Below, one piece after another: positions 44,489 through 54,972 of a stretch of DNA of 64,000 nucleotides (position 1 is the stretch's first letter; each line of letters opens with the position of its first letter). The translations under genes were made by a program, and so were the position numbers. The DNA lies in the IMG/VR virus record IMGVR_UViG_3300025405_000009, positions 1 to 64,000 of that record; one strand, written 5' to 3'. The DNA comes from a virus. The notes under the pieces were generated by a model. That model ran no database searches, was not told where the DNA came from, and worked only from the letters and a program-made list of their open reading frames with translations.

Positions 44489-46189
44489 TTATCCAACTTT
44501 GCTAGTTTTATAGTTTTGATACGCCTGTGCAACAGTTGCAGGATTACCAGTCGGTAGTCTTGTACCTACTGGCTTAAATGAAGTTTGTGTATCAGATGGA
44601 ACATCTACTGCATCACGACCTGCAGGTACACTTGCTCCTGGTGTATTAGCTAAAGCACCTGTACCCATCTCACCCCATCCATTTCTTGATGGTCCCATAT
44701 CACCAACCATAGCGGTATATGTACATGTACCTTGACTATTAGTAGTTGTCACTTCAATAAGATCTCCAGGCTTAGCACCTGAACCGAGAGGTGCAACAAT
44801 TAATGGAGGGGTAGTTGAATCCATTGGTAAACCTGATGAAGTTTGCCTTTGATATGAAGTATCTCCTGCAGGGGGATTTGCTGTACCATCATTATCTCTT
44901 CTTAAAGCACCACTTACTGTAATAGAACCATCAGGATTTACAGTTTGTGTTGAACCTCTAGCACCACCAATATTTGTACTACCAGCTCCACCCGGTTGAT
45001 AGGCTGCTGCGCTACCTCCAGCACCTGCACCACCATAACTAGCACCATAATTTACACCCTGTTGCTCACCATATGATTGAACAATAGCATCATCAGAAAT
45101 TGATTTAATCTCTGCTTCAGAGGCAAGAGCTCTTTCTGCTGAAGCAACAACAATAAAGTCCTTATCTTGCGGTGTAACTGGAAAGATATCTCTTAAGTTA
45201 ACACCAACTTTATTACCAATTGTACAGAGATATTGAATCCATAAAAATACTTTAGGTACTTTAAATACATTAGAAAGAGAGCCTACCAATTGTGGTACAG
45301 CGGCATTAAGTTGAGCGAATGTTGGTAAGTCATTAATAAGATTAAGACCATGAGCAACCGTAGCATCAGATGCCATATTAGAAGCTACAGCAGGTTGTGT
45401 ATAAGCAACATTAATTAAATTACGTCTCATTAACGCTGTACAATTTAAGCTTAAATTATAGGCAATATTTCTAGTATTATTACTAATTTTATTATCTGTA
45501 GATGCAGAATATGGAATTGGTACACCGTAATAGTTTTGTGTAACATCAAAAATTGGTAATGTTGAATCCAATTGTAAGTATTTTGAATTAGCAAGTGAAC
45601 CAATACTATCACTAAAGTTATCAAAATACGATTGATTGGGTAACCCTGCTTCAGCTAAAGTACCGCCACCTAATGCACTACCTATATTTAAACCTAACTT
45701 GCTAGCGTACATTGAAAGCTGAGACTTCAATCCCCCTAAAAAGCCATTAGTAATATCTTTAGAGACAGCAGGATTTAAATGTGGTAATATTTTTTCACCG
45801 AATGTTGATCCTTGATTATTAAGAGATATAATTTCTTTATTACTATAGAGAAATTTTTGAGCCCAATAGGCAATAGTATCAAATGAACATCCAGTATTAG
45901 CAAACGTAACTGTTTGTATATTATTATAAAGAGTATTTAAAGCAGTAACAACATCACCTTGTCTAAAAGAATCTCTGTACGCCATGGCTGTACGTACTTC
46001 AATATCAGTTACATTGACTTCACCCTGTGGTTGTAATACGGTTTGAAAATAATTTGTACCGGTAGATAATAATTCGTAAGTAGTAGCAATATTAACATCC
46101 GCTAAACCAGGTGCAATCGTAATAAAGTTTTGTGCTCCTTTATTAGATCCTTGTGGTATTTTTTGTGCTAATGTACTTAAATTTGCCAT
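44489..46189 (-). CDS. virion protein with C-terminal GH75 (chitosanase-like) domain
   Basis: DNDG...YQRQT...IVAP...GDL...AMVGDMGP...GEM. Confidence 0.6.
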   Translation of the reverse strand: MANLSTLAQKIPQGSNKGAQNFITIAPGLADVNIATTYELLSTGTNYFQTVLQPQGEVNVTDIEVRTAMAYRDSFRQGDVVTALNTLYNNIQTVTFANTGCSFDTIAYWAQKFLYSNKEIISLNNQGSTFGEKILPHLNPAVSKDITNGFLGGLKSQLSMYASKLGLNIGSALGGGTLAEAGLPNQSYFDNFSDSIGSLANSKYLQLDSTLPIFDVTQNYYGVPIPYSASTDNKISNNTRNIAYNLSLNCTALMRRNLINVAYTQPAVASNMASDATVAHGLNLINDLPTFAQLNAAVPQLVGSLSNVFKVPKVFLWIQYLCTIGNKVGVNLRDIFPVTPQDKDFIVVASAERALASEAEIKSISDDAIVQSYGEQQGVNYGASYGGAGAGGSAAAYQPGGAGSTNIGGARGSTQTVNPDGSITVSGALRRDNDGTANPPAGDTSYQRQTSSGLPMDSTTPPLIVAPLGSGAKPGDLIEVTTTNSQGTCTYTAMVGDMGPSRNGWGEMGTGALANTPGASVPAGRDAVDVPSDTQTSFKPVGTRLPTGNPATVAQAYQNYKTSKVG

Positions 46190-46191
46190 TG

Positions 46192-47874
46192 TTATAAAAT
46201 AGTTGAAAGTGTACCGTCTTGATTAGTATTTAACTGTTTAAGATTATTATATGTTTTAATACAATGTAAATCATTATAATAAGTACCGCCTTCAAATACA
46301 TGAGCTACACTCACAATAAGATATATACCTAATAATTTATCATCAAATCGATTTTCTTGCATAGCACCATCTCGATCAATACCTATAAAATGTCCTGATT
46401 GTCTGTGAGTTGAGCCTTTAAGTCTAAACGAAATAATATTGTTTGTAAGTGTACTTGCAAAAAGAAATTTATTGCGCCCGTAAGCTAAACGAGTATTTGC
46501 ATCATTATCATCAACACTAAATTTATTATTAATATTAATATTTGTGTTACGTATAATACCAGGAGCAAAATTTGAATATGGTTTATTAGTATCACCACCA
46601 GCAAGCATATTATTTACGTAGTTTTTTGTATATGTTTGCATTGATTGTTCTAAGGAATTTCTAAATGCATCAATATTAAATTGCTTGCCGTTATATTCAT
46701 AACTATGTACAAAATTAGAAACAAGTTCCTTTTGTGAAATTATACCTGACATATTATCAAATGAATAAGTTTTAATTGTACCTATATTTGAAAAATACGG
46801 TCCGTTAGATGGAGTAAAGATACTATGAGCAAAATCTTGAGCGTTATCCTGATCTAAGTTACCTATTCTTAATGTTTCAAGATATAAATTTCCAGATTTT
46901 GTAGTTCCTGGTATAAGAGCTTGATCAAAATATTGCTTTAAGCTTTTTAAAGAAAAAGCTCGCGGAAATCTTTCAAGTTGAAGAAAACATTGATCATAAT
47001 TACTATTTGCGTTTGATACATGACGAGTCATGAGATACATTAAACTATCCCATGCCTTATAGGATGGTGGTGCTGAAAAGAAAATATTACTACCTCCTAG
47101 ATCCCAATTTACGTTAGTATAGTTTGCTGCATCTACACTTGTTATAGTTGCAGGTGTTATGGGATCTATGGATTTATATGTATAACTCTTACCATCATTA
47201 TATGAGATGACTACAGGATAATTATCAGACTTTGGAAACGTCTCACCCAATAATGCTTGAATAGCAAACCCTGTTGGTATTGCTCTTTCTGTATCATCTA
47301 AATTTGCTATAGATTTGTTATTAACATACTTTGATGTTGAAAAAGGAACATTTTTTTCTCTTAATAATTCATCATATAAATCTTTTAAATAAAATTTCTT
47401 ATACTTGCTATTAGGTTTTGTTCCTTGTACTTCTTCAGTATTAATAATAGCAAAATCAAACGCCATACGAAAAGCGCTTTGTACTTCTTCATTACCTAAG
47501 CTTTGTGGATTGTTTGGATCAAGAATAGGCATTATATCTACATGCAAAATATCTCGTGATTCACCTTTAAGAAGAAACGATACAGGTGGTTTTGTTTGAG
47601 TTGTGTTATAATAACTAGGACTACTAGGATCATTAGTAACTGTAGCAGCACGTTCCAAAAAGTCCATTGTATTGTCAACTATAATTACACCACTATGAAA
47701 CGGATTTTCTAAATTATCCTCAATAGTAAACGATTGAATTGCTGTAGGTTTAATATATTGTACTGCCTCACCATCTAAACTAATAAGAGATAATTGAAAA
47801 TAATAATTTGTTTGATTAATACTAAAAATAAACTTATCATCAACTGCAGCTGCTTGGGTAGTACTTGCACTCAT
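46192..47874 (-). CDS. baseplate hub protein (gp27-like)
   Basis: SFTIEDNLENPFHSG N-terminus; GSTHRQSGHFIGI...GIYLIVSVAHVF C-terminus. Confidence 0.7.
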   Translation of the reverse strand: MSASTTQAAAVDDKFIFSINQTNYYFQLSLISLDGEAVQYIKPTAIQSFTIEDNLENPFHSGVIIVDNTMDFLERAATVTNDPSSPSYYNTTQTKPPVSFLLKGESRDILHVDIMPILDPNNPQSLGNEEVQSAFRMAFDFAIINTEEVQGTKPNSKYKKFYLKDLYDELLREKNVPFSTSKYVNNKSIANLDDTERAIPTGFAIQALLGETFPKSDNYPVVISYNDGKSYTYKSIDPITPATITSVDAANYTNVNWDLGGSNIFFSAPPSYKAWDSLMYLMTRHVSNANSNYDQCFLQLERFPRAFSLKSLKQYFDQALIPGTTKSGNLYLETLRIGNLDQDNAQDFAHSIFTPSNGPYFSNIGTIKTYSFDNMSGIISQKELVSNFVHSYEYNGKQFNIDAFRNSLEQSMQTYTKNYVNNMLAGGDTNKPYSNFAPGIIRNTNININNKFSVDDNDANTRLAYGRNKFLFASTLTNNIISFRLKGSTHRQSGHFIGIDRDGAMQENRFDDKLLGIYLIVSVAHVFEGGTYYNDLHCIKTYNNLKQLNTNQDGTLSTIL

Positions 47875-47877
47875 AAA

Positions 47878-48246
47878 TTATGTATTTAACGCATTTTTTA
47901 TTTCCTGCAAAATTGATGGTATAAATTCAGGCTTTATAATTTTTAAAACCATACCACTAGTTGCACCTTTAATAGGATTATAAATTTTATTAACAAGCAT
48001 TATTAACCACCATAATTCTATATTACCGTATGCATTAAAGCTTATTGTTGTCCAAGGCAAGTTTTCTTGTATATGCATAAAGAAAACTGTACTATCATCT
48101 ATATCATCAGGAAGATAAATTGACTGTAAAATATTATAATAGTATTGATTTTGATCGGTTGTATATAACTTAAAGATATTTTCGTATCGGTAAGAATTAA
48201 GCGGGGTAAGCTGTGATATTGAATTTTGATACGAGCCAGTATCCAT
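47878..48246 (-). CDS. gp53: baseplate wedge LysM-like subunit
   Basis: ISFNAYGNIELWWLIMLVNKIYNP. Confidence 0.85.
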   Translation of the reverse strand: MDTGSYQNSISQLTPLNSYRYENIFKLYTTDQNQYYYNILQSIYLPDDIDDSTVFFMHIQENLPWTTISFNAYGNIELWWLIMLVNKIYNPIKGATSGMVLKIIKPEFIPSILQEIKNALNT

Positions 48247-48283
48247 ATTGTAATTATTTACGCCTGTAATAGCGTATTAACAT

Positions 48284-49531
48284 CTACTGAGCACCAGGAC
48301 CGCGACTACCAAATCCAGAGCCTGGATTAATTATAGGTGATGTAACAGTAAGTCCGGCACGAGGGCTTGGAACATTACCAGTATCGGTACCTGTTTGAAT
48401 TATATTTTGTGAAGAAATCATATGAGACATAAAATTTCTTGTATTAGCATTCATACTCTGTAGTGTAATTGATATTTTATACGCATCCGGTATAATTGTT
48501 GTAATATTAGTTGTACCTTGAGAGTTACTAACGGAAGTTTGAGCACTATTAACCGAACTATTTAAAGAAGGTATAGCCATTGTCATTTCACGTCTTGAGC
48601 CTACAAATTCCACATTAAGATTACTAATATAACAGTATGGAAAGAATTTTGTTCCAGGTATAGATACTTCATATATAACAGGTTGATCGACAGTATTAAA
48701 ACCTGTCTTGCCTGGTCTATTTTGATACACAAGTAAGTAAATAAATTGCCAATTTCTTACAACATCATCATATGTTGCAGATCCGGTATTAATGAGAGGA
48801 AATTCTACTGTAACTGATTCACCATCTGTTGGGTAATCATAGAATTTTGTTTTTTCAATAAATGTGTATTCTGTTGGTGAACCGACTTGTGAAACATCTT
48901 CTGCAATACCTTCCAATACACCTAACCCTTCTTTAGCAAAACTACCTATAAGACCCTTACCCTGGCCACCGCCTTCACTAAAAGCATTATCCTGCTTAGT
49001 ATGGTTATTGTCAAAATATGGTAATGTATAAACCCATTTTGTGTTTTCGGTTATATACAAATTTCTATATGGTTGTAAGTATGGACTTGCTTTTGTAGTA
49101 GGGTTGTCATCACTACCTAATAAGGCTCCTGCAGCTCCCGGGCTATTAGCATACTGTTGAAGTAACTTTGATAAATTAGTAGCACCAGCATCTTGTACTA
49201 ATTTAGCACCACCATTTTCAAGGGCACCTAATGTATATTGTAATTGTGCAATAAGAGAGTTTGTCTTTAATCTCTTTTCTGTTAATCTAATTCTTGGTAC
49301 TTCAGCACGACCTGCATCACCAAGTGGTGAGTATGTCCAGTAAAAATCACGTACAACATTTATTTCTGTAAATTTAGAATTACCGTTTTTACCGGTCGGT
49401 GTTAAGACCGGCATAGGAGTTATAGCATTTTGAGAAGGAGTTACTCCAGATGGGTTATTACCTTGTGGGTTAGCAGTATTAGAAGTAGTGCTAGGTGAGG
49501 TAGGTGTAAAAGCCCAAAGAAAGTTTGGCAT
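48284..49531 (-). CDS. baseplate tail-tube cap/initiator (gp48/gp54-like)
   Basis: Position and VEFPLIN...PVIYEVSIPG...YISNLNVEFVG pattern. Confidence 0.55.
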   Translation of the reverse strand: MPNFLWAFTPTSPSTTSNTANPQGNNPSGVTPSQNAITPMPVLTPTGKNGNSKFTEINVVRDFYWTYSPLGDAGRAEVPRIRLTEKRLKTNSLIAQLQYTLGALENGGAKLVQDAGATNLSKLLQQYANSPGAAGALLGSDDNPTTKASPYLQPYRNLYITENTKWVYTLPYFDNNHTKQDNAFSEGGGQGKGLIGSFAKEGLGVLEGIAEDVSQVGSPTEYTFIEKTKFYDYPTDGESVTVEFPLINTGSATYDDVVRNWQFIYLLVYQNRPGKTGFNTVDQPVIYEVSIPGTKFFPYCYISNLNVEFVGSRREMTMAIPSLNSSVNSAQTSVSNSQGTTNITTIIPDAYKISITLQSMNANTRNFMSHMISSQNIIQTGTDTGNVPSPRAGLTVTSPIINPGSGFGSRGPGAQ

Positions 49532-49539
49532 ACTATTAT

Positions 49540-51681
49540 TTATCTATTAATTGAATCAAAACGTCTACTAGAGTTACTCGTTGCTGGAGTCAAGAATGCT
49601 GTAGGATTATTATTAACATTCATTACATTTACGTTATTAGAACTACTCTTCATTGCAGCCATACCTTCAGCCATTTGTTTATTAATTTTAACAAGACTGG
49701 CTATCATTTTATTTTGTTCTTGGATAGAACCATGTACATCACCTAAATTTGTATCATTTTCACTTGGTGCAGCTGCTGCAGATTGAGTGCTTGGTACTTC
49801 TGGTGTTACAGGTTGAATATTATTTGTGGGTGCTTCAGGTGTGCTTGGCTGTACATTACCTGCGGAGGTATTATCCGTAGGCGTTTCAGGAGTAGCTGCA
49901 TTAGCTGTAGTATTACCAGTTGATTTAGAAGGTGCAGGTGTTGAGGACGTAGAAGGTGCAGGTTGAGTATCATCTTTTGTATCACCATAACCACTGATAC
50001 CTAACATATCAGCAACTCTTGATCTTATACTAACTCCAAGAATAGACTCTGGAAGCATATTTAAAATTGCCTTTATTAATGCACCGCCAGTTGCTTTAAG
50101 TACACTGGAGAATGTTATAGGTTTACCTGAAGCAGATAAATCACTTATTGCTGTTTTTTCTTGATTGAAGAGTTCAACTAAAAATGATACACCAGGTATT
50201 AATGTGGCAATATCCATAAAAGCTTCTCCATATTTACCCTCACCAATATGAGTTCCCATATCTGTTAAATGTTGAATAAGAGGTATCTTCATAAAAGATT
50301 CCTTTACCCATTTCCAGGCATTACTCATCCAATCTTTATTAGCAGCACCTGCTTTCTCAGATCCACCTGTTTTAGAATCTCTATAAGCACTAAAGACATC
50401 AATTGCAATTGAAAGAGCCGTACCAACAACAGGAATAGCTGTGGCAGCTGCTGACGCAAGATCTAATAGTCCGCCAATAAAATCACCCTTAGCTATACGA
50501 GAGATAGCAAAACCAATACCTATAAGTGAACCAATAATTGGTATTTTTTTAATACCTTTTAATAAAAACCCACCTGCCATTCCAGCAAGTCTTCCTAATA
50601 TTCCCTTACCACCCGCCTTAGCTGCAGTCCCTGCAGCTGCTTTAGTAACACCACCAAAAATACCTTTAAATGAATTAAAAATTTTACCAAAAAGCTTTCC
50701 AGGTAATTCAAGAAGACTCTTACCTAATGATTTTGCCTTCATGCCTAATAATTTACCGACAGCTTCAACTTTTTTTGGATCAAAAAACATTTTAGCAAAA
50801 TTCTTAACTGTAGTTACAAATTTTACAGCACCTTTTTTAATTAAAGAAAGACCAACAGCTAGACCGCCACGTCCAAGAAGTTTTTTTAATCCTTTAAAGG
50901 GACCTGAATCCATTAAGCCGTTAAACAGTAATGCTACACTTCCAATAGCTGCACCTGCTCCAAGAAACATAGTACCTAATGCACCGAGAACGGGTCCAAG
51001 AAGCTTAGCAGCCATTGGAAATATTTCTTTAAGTAGACTATCCTTATCATCTTTTTTATTCTTCTTATCTTTTTTGTCTTTAACAGATCCAGTAATTATT
51101 TCAAGATACGGTTTCCATCTATCAAAAGCTTTTATATTCTCTGTTTCTAAAATATCCTCAAGTGTTACTTTTGTCTTTGGAGGTAGATCAATATTAACTT
51201 CTTCACGAGCAAACGGTGTTTTTGTTTCAATTTTTTTATTAACAGTTTCTTCTTTTTTTGGTTTAATTTTTTCAATAACACTGGTTATTAAACTTTGCTT
51301 AGGTTTTGGTTTATCTGCTTCTTCTACTTTACGGTCACTTTTAACAGGTGTTATTTTTTTAAAAACGCTGTCACTTAAGCTACTCTTTATGGTAGCTGCA
51401 ATATTAGAAATAGGGTTCTTTGATGTCTTTTTATCATCAGTATCTTTCTTATTTTCAGTTTCCTTATTACCCTTATTATCGGCTTTTCTTTTATCTTGAT
51501 TTGACTTACTCTCAGGACCAATTTGATCTACAAGACTATTGGTCTTAGGATTTGATTGAAGAGGAACTTCACCACTAATAATTCCTAAAATTCTATCAAG
51601 AATCTTTGTTTGATTCATTGATACGGCATCAAAATTACCAAATGCTGCCTTTAGATCTGCAATAGAGATAGTACCTTCCAT
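49540..51681 (-). CDS. tape measure protein (gp29-like)
   Basis: 713 aa, K-rich then G/A/L amphipathic repeats (KKIPIIGSLIGIGFAISRIAKGDFIGG). Confidence 0.65.
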   Translation of the reverse strand: MEGTISIADLKAAFGNFDAVSMNQTKILDRILGIISGEVPLQSNPKTNSLVDQIGPESKSNQDKRKADNKGNKETENKKDTDDKKTSKNPISNIAATIKSSLSDSVFKKITPVKSDRKVEEADKPKPKQSLITSVIEKIKPKKEETVNKKIETKTPFAREEVNIDLPPKTKVTLEDILETENIKAFDRWKPYLEIITGSVKDKKDKKNKKDDKDSLLKEIFPMAAKLLGPVLGALGTMFLGAGAAIGSVALLFNGLMDSGPFKGLKKLLGRGGLAVGLSLIKKGAVKFVTTVKNFAKMFFDPKKVEAVGKLLGMKAKSLGKSLLELPGKLFGKIFNSFKGIFGGVTKAAAGTAAKAGGKGILGRLAGMAGGFLLKGIKKIPIIGSLIGIGFAISRIAKGDFIGGLLDLASAAATAIPVVGTALSIAIDVFSAYRDSKTGGSEKAGAANKDWMSNAWKWVKESFMKIPLIQHLTDMGTHIGEGKYGEAFMDIATLIPGVSFLVELFNQEKTAISDLSASGKPITFSSVLKATGGALIKAILNMLPESILGVSIRSRVADMLGISGYGDTKDDTQPAPSTSSTPAPSKSTGNTTANAATPETPTDNTSAGNVQPSTPEAPTNNIQPVTPEVPSTQSAAAAPSENDTNLGDVHGSIQEQNKMIASLVKINKQMAEGMAAMKSSSNNVNVMNVNNNPTAFLTPATSNSSRRFDSINR

Positions 51682-51703
51682 TGAAGATATTTAATCTCTA
51701 ATG

Positions 51704-52465
51704 TTAAATCGCGAAAAAGCTACCGTCTATTTCAATATTTGAATCGCCGACTTTAGTATACTGATTCTCAAAATCGCGGTATTTCTTAATAAATTCAAGA
51801 ATTTGATTTGTAAGTGTTGTTGGAAATTTTTCAGCTATTGATAATTTACTATCAATCTTTAATGTCGTAAAATCAACTGTACTTGTTTCCCCTTCTGTTT
51901 TAAAAGTTACAGATCTAATATACTTTAGAACTTCATGAATAAAAAGTTCACTAACAACTGTTTTTACATCTTCTGTCTTTGCAGCTTTAAACTTCGTTAA
52001 TACAGCATTACTAATTTCTTTATCTACATTTAAACGAGGAACTTCAAGCTCAACTGTTAAATTTTGAAACTCTATACTACCGTTAATTACGGTCGGATCT
52101 ATAGCTACTTTTGGAATCAAAGCTACAACATCAGTAAGGTCATATACATCGTCACCTAAGGTATACTTTGTATCTAAGCTAGCTGTCCTTAATGCCAAGG
52201 CAATTGCAATACGATCAAAAATATACAATTGATTTACATTTAATGTTTCAAGAATATTTTCCTGAATGATATTATAAAAACTTGTAATAAACGTAAGTTT
52301 TGTAAGGGTTTCTTCAATAGAGGACTTTAAGAGTTCTTTTTGTTGACGGAGATTTAATGCTTTAAATTTAACTGTACGCTGTAAGGAAGGGACAAAAATA
52401 TCAATACCAGATTGTTTGTTAAGATCATCTAATTGCTTAAGAATATCAGGAACTGTATTAGTCAT
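51704..52465 (-). CDS. baseplate hub assembly protein (gp26-like)
   Basis: IFVPSLQRTVKFKALNLRQQKELL. Confidence 0.75.
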   Translation of the reverse strand: MTNTVPDILKQLDDLNKQSGIDIFVPSLQRTVKFKALNLRQQKELLKSSIEETLTKLTFITSFYNIIQENILETLNVNQLYIFDRIAIALALRTASLDTKYTLGDDVYDLTDVVALIPKVAIDPTVINGSIEFQNLTVELEVPRLNVDKEISNAVLTKFKAAKTEDVKTVVSELFIHEVLKYIRSVTFKTEGETSTVDFTTLKIDSKLSIAEKFPTTLTNQILEFIKKYRDFENQYTKVGDSNIEIDGSFFAI

Positions 52466-52503
52466 ATGCTATATAAATTTATGTAGAAATTCCTGTTATG
52501 CCA

Positions 52504-53394
52504 CTATCTTTGCGCTGAATTTCCTATATTCGGCGTATTACTAGCATTGTTAGATTGTTTTTCAGCTTTTTCTTGTTCAGCCTGTTCCTCCTTAAACAGA
52601 TTAATATAAACATCAATTTCAACCGGGGTAAGTTTTGTCATATGCTCATAAGTCATACGAAATTGTTTCATCAAGAAGTACTCAATTTTATAAAAGTACA
52701 TTAAATCCCTATTAAAGCAGAGTTTTAAAAATTCAATAACTGAGTTATTAAACACATTTGCTGTTATTATTGTATCACTACCCTCATCGGATGAATACGG
52801 TGATTTTACGTTTATTAATTCAAGCTTATTCAGGTAGTCAAATATTCTATTAGCATGTGTCTGAATGTCGTTTAAAACAACGGCAGGTAGTTTGTTTATC
52901 ATTTCGGCTGTAATGCCGTAAAAAGGATCTCCATTAAGGGATATACAGTTTACAACAGTCTCTGAAGCATCTATAATATCACGATTAATATATAAGGATG
53001 TTGGTAGACCGTATGTTATATTTAATTTCTTTTCATATGAAACGGTTATATCTTCTGGATGCTCAGCTTTTAGTACAGTTAATATATCATCAATATTCAT
53101 TATACCGTTAAATTGCTGTTTTGTTATAGGACAATTTATTAGTAACTCTAAAGTAGGTGAGATACAGACTGCTCGTATAGTTAATAAGATATAAAGCTTA
53201 TCTATTATAGTAATATTACTAATATCTTCGGTACAATGTTTAGTTAGTATATCATTGAACGCTGTTAAAATAATATCGTTATTGGTATTAGCAATATTTT
53301 TTACTAATTCCTTCAGTTCAACAAAAGATAATTCTGTTAAATATACCGTTCTTTTAGAAATAGGTAAATTTACAGAATATAAAAACGTTGACAT
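52504..53394 (-). CDS. second gp26/gp51-like baseplate hub assembly protein
   Basis: VNLPISKRTVYL..., C-terminal FRMTYEHMTKLTPVEIDVYINL; start moved to 53394 after TTGCAT/TACTAT promoter. Confidence 0.65.
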   Translation of the reverse strand: MSTFLYSVNLPISKRTVYLTELSFVELKELVKNIANTNNDIILTAFNDILTKHCTEDISNITIIDKLYILLTIRAVCISPTLELLINCPITKQQFNGIMNIDDILTVLKAEHPEDITVSYEKKLNITYGLPTSLYINRDIIDASETVVNCISLNGDPFYGITAEMINKLPAVVLNDIQTHANRIFDYLNKLELINVKSPYSSDEGSDTIITANVFNNSVIEFLKLCFNRDLMYFYKIEYFLMKQFRMTYEHMTKLTPVEIDVYINLFKEEQAEQEKAEKQSNNASNTPNIGNSAQR

Positions 53395-53430
53395 ACTATT
53401 ATAGTACAATATAATGTACTAAATGCAAGA

Positions 53431-54291
53431 TTACAATCTGTGAGGTGTAAAGGGTCTCGCTGTACTTAAAAGATTAGCTATATCGTTTAAATTAACAGGT
53501 GTTCCAACAGTATAGTTTGAATAAGTCCAGAGGGTGCGATAGGTTTGTAATTTTTCAGTTTCGTAATCTAATGTCTGTTCAGATACATTATAAGGAACAC
53601 AGTTATGAAATACCCATGATTTTCTGGGTAACATTGAAATACCAGCGTTTGATCTAGTATATTCCAATACCCTCATTGTAACTTTTATATTTTTAGGATC
53701 AACACCACCAGGTATATCACCAGGACGTGCTACCATACCAAAATGAGCACCTAAAATTACCCATGGTCTAATAACAAAGTCAATAAATGATGTTGTTGTT
53801 TCCTTGAATGATATGTTTAATGACGGTGCTTCCGCTGTTCTATTACCTCCTAATACACCTGGTAAAAACCCACGATTATTAGCAACCGAAGCGCTCTCTA
53901 CACTAAATTGTTCAGGTGGTAAAGTAACTTCATGAGCGAACCAACATCCCACTAATTGCTGATTATCGTAATTAGTAAGTATGTTTTTAGCTGCATCAAT
54001 ATCAAAACCATTCTTATCACCATCAGTACGCTCTAAACCTTGTAAAACTTGAGTAGAAAGACTTGCTGGAAACCTATCAATAAGTACAACCCATTGAGTT
54101 GACATTGGAATAGCTGTATTCCATACCGTGGTAATTTGATTTAAAAATACATCACGCGGAAATACACCACCAGCTGATGAATAACCAGCACCAGCATTTG
54201 GTCCAATAAAACTCTGTGTCACTAAAGCGGCTGCTGGAGCAGCCGCTGCTATACCTGCTATGGCAGAATTAAGCGGATTATTAATACTCAC
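53431..54291 (-). CDS. tail tube-like protein (gp19/gp54 fold)
   Basis: FAHEVTLP, LNISFKET..SFIDFVIRPW, WVFHNCVP. Confidence 0.7.
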   Translation of the reverse strand: MSINNPLNSAIAGIAAAAPAAALVTQSFIGPNAGAGYSSAGGVFPRDVFLNQITTVWNTAIPMSTQWVVLIDRFPASLSTQVLQGLERTDGDKNGFDIDAAKNILTNYDNQQLVGCWFAHEVTLPPEQFSVESASVANNRGFLPGVLGGNRTAEAPSLNISFKETTTSFIDFVIRPWVILGAHFGMVARPGDIPGGVDPKNIKVTMRVLEYTRSNAGISMLPRKSWVFHNCVPYNVSEQTLDYETEKLQTYRTLWTYSNYTVGTPVNLNDIANLLSTARPFTPHRL

Positions 54292-54315
54292 CTAATTATT
54301 TAGGCTTGTAAGATA

Positions 54316-54939
54316 TTAGAGGTGACTTTGACCTGGAGCTATTGCGAGTGGTACACCGATCTGACTACCTGCTACTTGACCACCAAGAGGTGAGGTACGT
54401 ACAAAGTAGTGGTAAGCAAGAGTAACAGTAAATTCTACTGTCTGTCCTGTACCGGCTGCCATTGTATACGCAATGGGTCCAACGTTACGTGGTGTTACAC
54501 CGTAAAGAACGTATGTAGCAACAACATTATTTTGATTATCAAGCTGAGCAAGAGTAATAGTAGCGTTCTTACTAGGTGTATTATATTGACCTGTACTTGA
54601 CTGATCATCAAATACCCAGCGTGACCAATCCTCAAACAATTGACGAATGCCAGAAGCTTGATCGGCGTAGAATGTAATAGAATAACCTGTACCATCTGGG
54701 TAGATAGCATTACCAGGAAGGTTGAAATTTAATCCCATGTATGGAACTGAAACGTTAGTAATTTCACGAGCCGGTAAAGCTGCTGACTTTGCATACACTA
54801 ATAATCCACCGTCGGACATTGTATAAGCTGCGGCACCATCACTGGTTATTTCGAGAATACGGAAGTTAAAGTCACGCGAAAAATTAAAGTTTGTCGCCTG
54901 CTGGTAAAACCCTTGGATTGTTTGTGCTGTTTGTGACAT
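54316..54939 (-). CDS. gp19: tail tube protein
   Basis: YAKSAALPAR..VPYMGL, LFEDW, YVLYGVTP. Confidence 0.88.
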   Translation of the reverse strand: MSQTAQTIQGFYQQATNFNFSRDFNFRILEITSDGAAAYTMSDGGLLVYAKSAALPAREITNVSVPYMGLNFNLPGNAIYPDGTGYSITFYADQASGIRQLFEDWSRWVFDDQSSTGQYNTPSKNATITLAQLDNQNNVVATYVLYGVTPRNVGPIAYTMAAGTGQTVEFTVTLAYHYFVRTSPLGGQVAGSQIGVPLAIAPGQSHL

Positions 54940-54972
54940 AAGGTGTAATTATTTATTCGTTAGTTGTTCTTT

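Noticed and set aside
50441-51499. 352-aa plus-strand ORF
   Set aside because: Antisense shadow of the tape-measure gene; composition mirrors the opposite strand.
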